DNA of 64,000 nucleotides. It comes from an uncultured Chloroflexia bacterium. GTDB lineage: Bacteria > Chloroflexota > Limnocylindria > QHBO01. The stretch covers positions 416,001 through 480,000 of the forward strand of contig CAWGTN010000002.1 in assembly GCA_963825525.1 (NCBI GenBank), read 5' to 3'. The position numbers and the translations under genes were made by a program. How positions within the stretch are numbered: the stretch's first letter is position 1; the number at the start of each line of letters is the position of its first letter. A model generated the notes under the pieces. The model was not told the DNA's origin. It did no database searches and saw only the letters and a list, made by a program, of their open reading frames with translations. Below are positions 57,760 to 64,000 of the stretch, piece by piece.

Positions 57760-58817
57760 GATCGAACCCGCCTGAGCCAGCCGCGCATGCGGCCGGCGGC
57801 GTCGCGCAGCCGGTACATCGTCCGGTCGACGACCAGATCCCAGGTTCCGGCCCACACGACCTCGTCGCCGCCGAATCCCTTCTTGAAGAGACCGACGCCG
57901 TGCCAGGGGTGCTCCGGCCCCGCGTCCGGTGGCGCGATGCCCCACAGGTCGTGCTGTTGCACGCCGCGCTCCCGAGCGAAACGCATCATCTCCCATTGCA
58001 GCGCGTAGCTGGCGTATCGCTTCGGCTCTCCCCGCTCCTCGCGGCGCGAGCCGCTGAACAGGTAGTAGGACCGCGATCCCTCGATCACGACCATGCCCGA
58101 TGCCAGCAGCTCTCCCTCGCGCCGTGCCTCGAGGATGGCCGCCCGGCCGGCACCGGCCAGAGCAGCCCACGCGACCCGGTATCGCTCGAGCGGCGGCATC
58201 GGGAATCCCGCGCGCTGCTGCGTCTCGCCGACCAGGGCATGCAGCTCGTCGATGGCCCTGCGCTCGGTGGCGTCCTCCACGACCGAGACCTCGACACCCT
58301 CGCGCTCCGCCCGCCGCACGCCGTAGCGGGTGTCCTTGTCGAACTGGGCGATGAGCTGCTCGTCGTTGGCGAGCTCCACGATCCGCGTCTGCCCAACCTG
58401 GAGAGTGGCCGGCGAATGCCGCAGCCGTCGGTCGTGAAGCAGCCTCGCCTCCGGCGCGTCCATGCGCAGCCGAGGCTCGACCTTCACGGCAATCGCACGG
58501 TGCTGTCGCGCCGCCTCACGAAGGCCGATCAGCAGGGCACGAATCCGCGGCCCCGATTCGGGAGTCGACCAATCGAGGACCGGGCCGCGCGGGACGTACC
58601 AGATCGTGCGCCCGGCGATGAGCGTTCGTTCCTGCGCGGCGGCGATTGCCACGATGACATCCGCTTCGGTGAGGACGTAGCGGCGCTGCGGCTGGGAGTC
58701 GAAGGCTGCGACATCGGCCCATGCCCAGTCGTGGAGGAAGTCCCCGGACGGGGTCGCCTCCAGGAACGCCTGCCAGGCGGCTTGATCCGCATCGATGGCC
58801 GGGCGGAACTGGATCAT
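57756..58817 (-). CDS. FemABX-family peptidoglycan bridge aminoacyltransferase
   Basis: FLH.W.W, YVPRGP, TRY.VRRAER.GV, LQWEMM, DLWG, FKKGFGG. Confidence 0.9.
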   Translation of the reverse strand: MIQFRPAIDADQAAWQAFLEATPSGDFLHDWAWADVAAFDSQPQRRYVLTEADVIVAIAAAQERTLIAGRTIWYVPRGPVLDWSTPESGPRIRALLIGLREAARQHRAIAVKVEPRLRMDAPEARLLHDRRLRHSPATLQVGQTRIVELANDEQLIAQFDKDTRYGVRRAEREGVEVSVVEDATERRAIDELHALVGETQQRAGFPMPPLERYRVAWAALAGAGRAAILEARREGELLASGMVVIEGSRSYYLFSGSRREERGEPKRYASYALQWEMMRFARERGVQQHDLWGIAPPDAGPEHPWHGVGLFKKGFGGDEVVWAGTWDLVVDRTMYRLRDAAGRMRGWLRRVRS

Positions 58818-60415
58818 GCGCCCGTCCCCCGTCGGCGCTGGAGAACCCGCCGCAGCTGTCCGACCTCAGGGAGCCTCAGGGCGGCGGCCACGCCGAGGAA
58901 GGCCGCAATTCCGGCGGCCGACAGGAACAGGAGCACGAACAGTCGTCCCACGCCATCGTCGAGGATGCCACCCAGCGAACCACGGACGAGCGCCAGACCG
59001 GCGAACATGAGGACCGAGGCGACCAGCGCGGCCCCGGCGGAGCGGACAACCGTGCGGATGATCCCTGATTCATCGATCGACTCGATCTTGCGTCGGAGGA
59101 ACCAGAGCAGGCCGATGACCTCCAGGATCGAGCTGATCGAAAGCGCCAGTGCCAGGCCCGCGACGCCCATCGGTCCGACCAGGACCGACATGAGCGGAAC
59201 GTTGATGGCCACCGCGATGATCGCCCACGCCACTGGCGTCCGGGTGTCCTGCATGGCGTAGAAGGCGCGGGTCAGGACGTGGACCACGATGTGGCCAACC
59301 AGGCCGACGGCGAAGAACAGCAGCGCGCTGGCCGTCCGATCGGTGGCGGACTGGTCGAACAGCCCGTACTGGTAGAAGACCGAAGTCAGCGGCTCGCGGA
59401 GCACGATCATGATGGCGGTGAGTGGCGCGGCCACGAACACGAGGACCCGAACGGCGTTGGCGACCTGGCGCCGGATCTCCCCCATCCGCCCCATCGCCGC
59501 GTCCTGGCTGAGCGTCGGGAACAGGGCGACCGCGATGCTCACGCCGATGACGCCGACCGGGATCTGGCTCAGCTGGAACGCGTAGTTGTAGGCCGTCAGG
59601 CTGCCCTCCGGCAGCCCGGAGGCGAGGACCGTGCTCACCAGGAAGTTGATCTGACCCGCCGCCAGGCCCAGCGTGCGGGGCCCCATCAGCCAGGCCACGC
59701 GACGGACTCCGGGGTGCGAGAGGCCGATGGTCAGGTCATAGCGCTGCCCGACCCGCGCCAGGTTCGGAAGCTGAACGGCGAGGTGCGCCAGTGACCCGAC
59801 CGCCACGCCCACCGCCAGACCCTCCACGCCCATGATCGGGGCCAGGAAGATCGCGGCGAGGATGATCGCCACGTTGTACAGCAGCGGCGCGATGGCGGGC
59901 ACCGTGAACTGCTGGTAGCTGTTCAGGATGCCGGTGACCACCGCTCCCATGCCGATGAGCACAGGGCTGAGGAGCATCACGCGCGTCATGCGGATGGTGA
60001 GCTCGGTGGTCGGAGCATCGAAGCCGGGTGCCACGATCGGCACGAAGAATGGGGCAAAGATCGCCATGACCAGGCTGAACAGCGCGAGCGCGATCATCAC
60101 CAGGTTGATGACGCTGCTGGCCAGCTGCCAGGCCTCGGCGTCCTGTCCGCGAGCGCGATAGCCGGCAAACACCGGGATGAGCGCGGCGGAGAGCGCGCCG
60201 GCCACCACGAGCTGGAAGATGGCGTCGGGGATCCGGAATGCCGCGAAGTACGCGTCCAGCTCTCGGCTGACGCCGAACTGGGATCCGATGACGAGAAGCC
60301 TGATCCAGCCGAGGAGCCGGCTGGCAAGGGCCGCAACGGTGAGGATCAGGCTGGCGGTGAGCAGAACCCTGCCCGCCGATGGGCCACTGGCGGGGCTCCC
60401 CGTGGAGACCGTCAC
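58814..60415 (-). CDS. murJ: Lipid II flippase MurJ (MviN)
   Basis: SRLLG..R, DAY.AAFRIPD, GALSAALIPV, FYA.QDTRTP; many TM helices. Confidence 0.95.
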   Translation of the reverse strand: MTVSTGSPASGPSAGRVLLTASLILTVAALASRLLGWIRLLVIGSQFGVSRELDAYFAAFRIPDAIFQLVVAGALSAALIPVFAGYRARGQDAEAWQLASSVINLVMIALALFSLVMAIFAPFFVPIVAPGFDAPTTELTIRMTRVMLLSPVLIGMGAVVTGILNSYQQFTVPAIAPLLYNVAIILAAIFLAPIMGVEGLAVGVAVGSLAHLAVQLPNLARVGQRYDLTIGLSHPGVRRVAWLMGPRTLGLAAGQINFLVSTVLASGLPEGSLTAYNYAFQLSQIPVGVIGVSIAVALFPTLSQDAAMGRMGEIRRQVANAVRVLVFVAAPLTAIMIVLREPLTSVFYQYGLFDQSATDRTASALLFFAVGLVGHIVVHVLTRAFYAMQDTRTPVAWAIIAVAINVPLMSVLVGPMGVAGLALALSISSILEVIGLLWFLRRKIESIDESGIIRTVVRSAGAALVASVLMFAGLALVRGSLGGILDDGVGRLFVLLFLSAAGIAAFLGVAAALRLPEVGQLRRVLQRRRGTGA

Positions 60416-61386
60416 CTTGCCGGTCGCCGGCCGGGCGCCCGTCCGGCGCGCGGATGGGCGTCCTGGTAGGCGCTGCGCAGCGCGGAATCGGACAGGTGGG
60501 TGTAGATCTGGGTCGTCTGAAGGTTCGCGTGGCCCAGCAGCTCCTGGACGACGCGCAGGTCCGCACCGCCCTCGAGCAGGTGCGTGGCAAACGAGTGACG
60601 CAGGGTGTGTGGACTCGTCCGGTCCGGCGCACCGACAGCCTCGACCCAGCGCGCGATCACCATTCGCGCCCCGCGGACACTGAGCGGCCCGCCGTTGGCG
60701 TTGAGAAAGACCGTGCCTCCACTGCCTGCAGGGCCGCGGCGCGCGGCCAGCGCCGGTCGGGCATCGGCCAGGTAGGCTCGGACGGCCGCTGCCGCCGGCT
60801 CTCCGAACAGCAGCTCGCGCTCCTTATTTCCCTTTCCCACCACGCGCAGTCGCCGCCGTTGCAGATCCAGGCGATCCATGGCCAGGGACGCGAGCTCGCT
60901 GATGCGCATGCCGGTCGCGTACAGCAGCTCGAGCATCGCAGCATCTCGCCGACCAAGCGCCGCGTCGCGGCTTCCGACGCGGTGTGGGCCCGTGACCAGC
61001 GACTCCGCCTCGTCCACCGACAGCACGCGCGGCAGCCGGGAGGGACGGCGTGGGGCGCGGACGCCGGCAAGCGGGTCGACCTCGATCCGGCCCTGGCGCA
61101 CCGCATGTCGGTACATCGAGCGGACAGCAGCCAGGCGTCCCGCGACCGATGAGGGGGCGAGGCCCCGGTCGGCGAGCGATGCCAGGTACGAGCGAATGCT
61201 CGCTCGATCCGGGGTCCGCCAATCGATTCCACGTGCCGCGAGGAACTCGAGGAACTCGGTCGCGTGGCGCCGATACTCGGTGAGCGTTCCTCCGGATGCG
61301 TTGCGCCCTCGCAGCCCGTCGAGGAACGAGCTGAGGGCCTCGCCCGCATCCGCCGTCAGCGCCGACGCGGGCGCCGTGCTACCCAC
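60412..61386 (-). CDS. xerC: Tyrosine recombinase XerC
   Basis: RD.AMLELLYATGMRISEL, GKGNKER, SPHTLRHSFATHLL.GGADLR.VQELLGH, TTQIYTH; follows topA. Confidence 0.88.
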   Translation of the reverse strand: MGSTAPASALTADAGEALSSFLDGLRGRNASGGTLTEYRRHATEFLEFLAARGIDWRTPDRASIRSYLASLADRGLAPSSVAGRLAAVRSMYRHAVRQGRIEVDPLAGVRAPRRPSRLPRVLSVDEAESLVTGPHRVGSRDAALGRRDAAMLELLYATGMRISELASLAMDRLDLQRRRLRVVGKGNKERELLFGEPAAAAVRAYLADARPALAARRGPAGSGGTVFLNANGGPLSVRGARMVIARWVEAVGAPDRTSPHTLRHSFATHLLEGGADLRVVQELLGHANLQTTQIYTHLSDSALRSAYQDAHPRAGRAPGRRPAR

Positions 61387-61416
61387 GCGGGACCCCGGCC
61401 GGTACGGACCTGCGGC

Positions 61417-64000
61417 TCATGTCCGCCGCTTGCGAGCCGTTGCGCTCCGCGCGTTCCCGCCGCGCCCGGACGCGGCTCGTGCGCCGCTTCGCCGTGGCTT
61501 GCCCTTCGTGCTGTTCGCCTCGCGCTCACGAAGGAGGTCGATGGCACGCTCCAGCGTCAGTTCGTCGGTGACCATGTCCTTGGGGAGCGACGCGTTGGTC
61601 GCACCGTCGGTCACGTACGGCCCGTATCGTCCCTCGAGCAGCTGGAGGTTCGCGCCGGAGGTCGGATGCGGACCGAGCTCCCGAATCACCTTCGCCGCCC
61701 CGCGTCGGCGCGTGGGCTTCTCCTGGCTCAACAGGTCGAGGGCCTCGGTCAATGTCACGTCGAAGACCTGCGCATCACTGGTCAGCGAGCGGAAGTCGCT
61801 CCCCCGCTTGACGTAAGGACCGTAGCGCCCGAAGTTCGCCAGGATCTCCTCGCCCGTGGCCGGATCCGAACCCACCAGCCGGGGCAGCGAGAGCAGCTCG
61901 ATTGCGCGCTCGATGGTCATGGTCGCGGGGCTGTCGTCCTTCGTCAGCGAGGATCGACGCGGCTTATCGGTGCTCCCCTTTTCGGGGGATTCTCCGAGCT
62001 GGACGTAGGGCCCGAACCGACCGGTCATCAGGTAGATGGGCAGGCCCGATGCCGGATCGGCCCCGAGGCTCTCCGGGCCCTTCGCTCGCGACTCGACCAG
62101 CTCGATCGCCTGGTCGAGCGTGAAGTCGGCCGGGGGAATGTCATCGGGCACCGATGCGTTCGTGGCGGTTTCACCCTCGCCGACCTGCACGTACGGACCG
62201 AAGCGGCCGATGCGGACCACCACCGGCGCGCCGGTGGTGGGATGGTCCCCCAACCGCGTGACCGGGTACTCGATCTGGGTCATGTTCTCGACGAGCGTCC
62301 GTAGCCCGGGCCACTGCTGGCCGCCGTCCCCGTTGTAGAACGTGGCCAGGAAGCTGTCCCGATCTCGCTCGCCCTTCGCGATCTCGTCGAGGTTCTCCTC
62401 GATCTGGCCGGTGAATCCCAGCTCGACGAGCGCGGCGAAATGCTCCTTGAGCAGGTGGGTCACCGCGTAGGCGGTGAAGGTCGGCACGAGCGCCTTGCCC
62501 TGCCGCCAAACGTACCCGCGTCGTTCGATCGTCGAGATGATCGAGGCGTAGGTCGAGGGGCGGCCGATGCCGTCCTCCTCGAGGCGCTTGACGAGGGACG
62601 CATCGGTGTAGCGCGCAGGCGGGGATGTCTCGTGGCTTTTCGCATCGAGCGCTGCCAGCGCCAGCGGACCCTCGGCGGAGACCTCGTCCCCGATCGTGAG
62701 CCTGGGGAGCACGGTCTCCTGGTCGCCCAGCTCGGCCGACGGATCATCGGATCCCTCGACGTAGGCGCGCAGAAAGCCCGCGAACGTCACCGCCTTGCCC
62801 GACGCGGTGAAGACGTAGTCACCGTCCGCGGCGGTCGCCGTGATCTCCAGCGACGTCCGGGACAGCCGCGCATCGGCCATCTGTGAAGCGACGGCGCGCT
62901 TCCAGATCAGCTCGTAGAGGTTCGCCTCGTCACGACCGACGGCTGCGCCGAGCTGCTGGGGAGTCCTGCCGAAGTCGGTGGGTCGGACTGCCTCGTGGGC
63001 CTCCTGGGCGTTCTTGACCTTCGTCCGATACTGCCGCGTCCCGCCGTAGTAGTCCGCGCCGTACAGGCCGCGGATCGCATCGGCCGACTCTCGCAACGCT
63101 CGCTCGCTCAGCGTGGTGGAGTCGGTCCGGTGGTACGAGATGATTCCTTCCTGGAATAGTCGCTGTGCGGCGTTCATCGTCCGATCGGCCGAAAAGCCCA
63201 GCTTTCGATTGGCCTCCTGCTGGAGCGTCGAGGTCGTGAACGGCGGTGCCGGCGACTGCGTCGCCGGACGCTCGTCGAGCGTGGTGACCCTCCATGGCAG
63301 CTTGCCGGCCAGCGTGTCACGGAGCGCGATCGCTCCGTCCTCATCGAGCGTCTGCGTACTCGGATCCTTCAGCTGGCCGGTTGCCGAGTCGTAGTCCTTG
63401 CCAGTGGCGAGTCGACCGGCCGGCGTGCGGACCAGCGCGGCCGTGAACGTTGCATCCGCAGCCACCAGTCGCGCTTCGAGGTTCCAGTACTGGCTTCGCC
63501 GGAACGCACGACGTGCCTCCTCGCGCTCGACGACGAGCCGGACCGCCACGCTCTGGACGCGGCCCGCGCTCAGGCCGGTCTGCACCTTCTTCCAGAGCAC
63601 GGGCGACACCATGTATCCGTACAGGCGGTCGACGATGCGCCGGCTCTCCTGGGCGTCAACGAGCTGAAGATCGATATCGCGTGCGTCGGCCAGCGCTCGA
63701 CGGACCGCCTCCTCGGTGATCTCGTGGAACTCGATGCGGCGCACCGGCACCGTGGGCTTCAAGACCTCTTTGAGGTGCCAGCTGATCGACTCGCCCTCGC
63801 GGTCGGGGTCCGTCGCGAGGAGCACCTCGGGGACGTCCTTGAGCGCGGCGCGGAGGTCGCGGACCCTTCCAGCCTTGTCCCGAGGAACGACGTAGTACGG
63901 CCGAAAGGCGTTCTCGACGTCGACTCCCATGCGGCCCCAGCTCTTGTCCTTGATGGCGGCCGGGACCTCGCTCGCATTGTCCGGCAGATCGCGGATGTGA
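61417..64000 (-). CDS. topA: DNA topoisomerase I (5' end beyond window) with C-terminal GRF/YGPYV repeats
   Basis: HIRDLP, ATDPDREGE, SAGRVQS, ISYHRTDS (catalytic Tyr), AQEAHEA.RP, GIGRPSTY. Confidence 0.97.
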   Translation of the reverse strand, partial: HIRDLPDNASEVPAAIKDKSWGRMGVDVENAFRPYYVVPRDKAGRVRDLRAALKDVPEVLLATDPDREGESISWHLKEVLKPTVPVRRIEFHEITEEAVRRALADARDIDLQLVDAQESRRIVDRLYGYMVSPVLWKKVQTGLSAGRVQSVAVRLVVEREEARRAFRRSQYWNLEARLVAADATFTAALVRTPAGRLATGKDYDSATGQLKDPSTQTLDEDGAIALRDTLAGKLPWRVTTLDERPATQSPAPPFTTSTLQQEANRKLGFSADRTMNAAQRLFQEGIISYHRTDSTTLSERALRESADAIRGLYGADYYGGTRQYRTKVKNAQEAHEAVRPTDFGRTPQQLGAAVGRDEANLYELIWKRAVASQMADARLSRTSLEITATAADGDYVFTASGKAVTFAGFLRAYVEGSDDPSAELGDQETVLPRLTIGDEVSAEGPLALAALDAKSHETSPPARYTDASLVKRLEEDGIGRPSTYASIISTIERRGYVWRQGKALVPTFTAYAVTHLLKEHFAALVELGFTGQIEENLDEIAKGERDRDSFLATFYNGDGGQQWPGLRTLVENMTQIEYPVTRLGDHPTTGAPVVVRIGRFGPYVQVGEGETATNASVPDDIPPADFTLDQAIELVESRAKGPESLGADPASGLPIYLMTGRFGPYVQLGESPEKGSTDKPRRSSLTKDDSPATMTIERAIELLSLPRLVGSDPATGEEILANFGRYGPYVKRGSDFRSLTSDAQVFDVTLTEALDLLSQEKPTRRRGAAKVIRELGPHPTSGANLQLLEGRYGPYVTDGATNASLPKDMVTDELTLERAIDLLREREANSTKGKPRRSGARAASGRGGNARSATARKRRT

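Overview
A very GC-rich, gene-dense chromosomal backbone segment with almost all genes on the minus strand. It is mostly housekeeping: topA(partial)-xerC-murJ-fem-murE-fem, rel-hisS-aspS, iscS-mnmA, alaS-[FtsA-like]-[baseplate-J-like membrane protein]-ruvX-mltG-pepQ-efp-xseAB-dxs-tlyA-nadK-recN-xerD-punA-scpAB-rluB-cmk-plsC-ispH-der-gpsA-tRNA-Pro, then guaD, moeA-moaCB, a FadF/EtfD-like Fe-S membrane oxidoreductase, Lrp-aminotransferase-Rieske, acyl-CoA dehydrogenase and etfB(partial). Gene order and protein features (Firmicutes-like synteny at high GC, Arg-tip EF-P, EDPR-type MurE with Fem ligases) suggest a monoderm, probably Chloroflexota such as Limnocylindria/Ellin6529; this is inference only. 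I found no prophage, IS or CRISPR array. The best candidate for an undescribed system is an ftsZ-unlinked FtsA paralogue translationally coupled to a single-pass membrane protein with a cytoplasmic STAS-like head and an external phage baseplate-J-like domain, in an operon with ruvX and mltG. Other notable signals are a 224-bp-period palindromic repeat, a two-state RNA structure upstream of alaS, many apparent leaderless promoters, an RHH gene heading nadK-recN-xerD, a Lit-like transacylase, an orphan ectC, and four single-base frameshifts that are probably sequencing errors.
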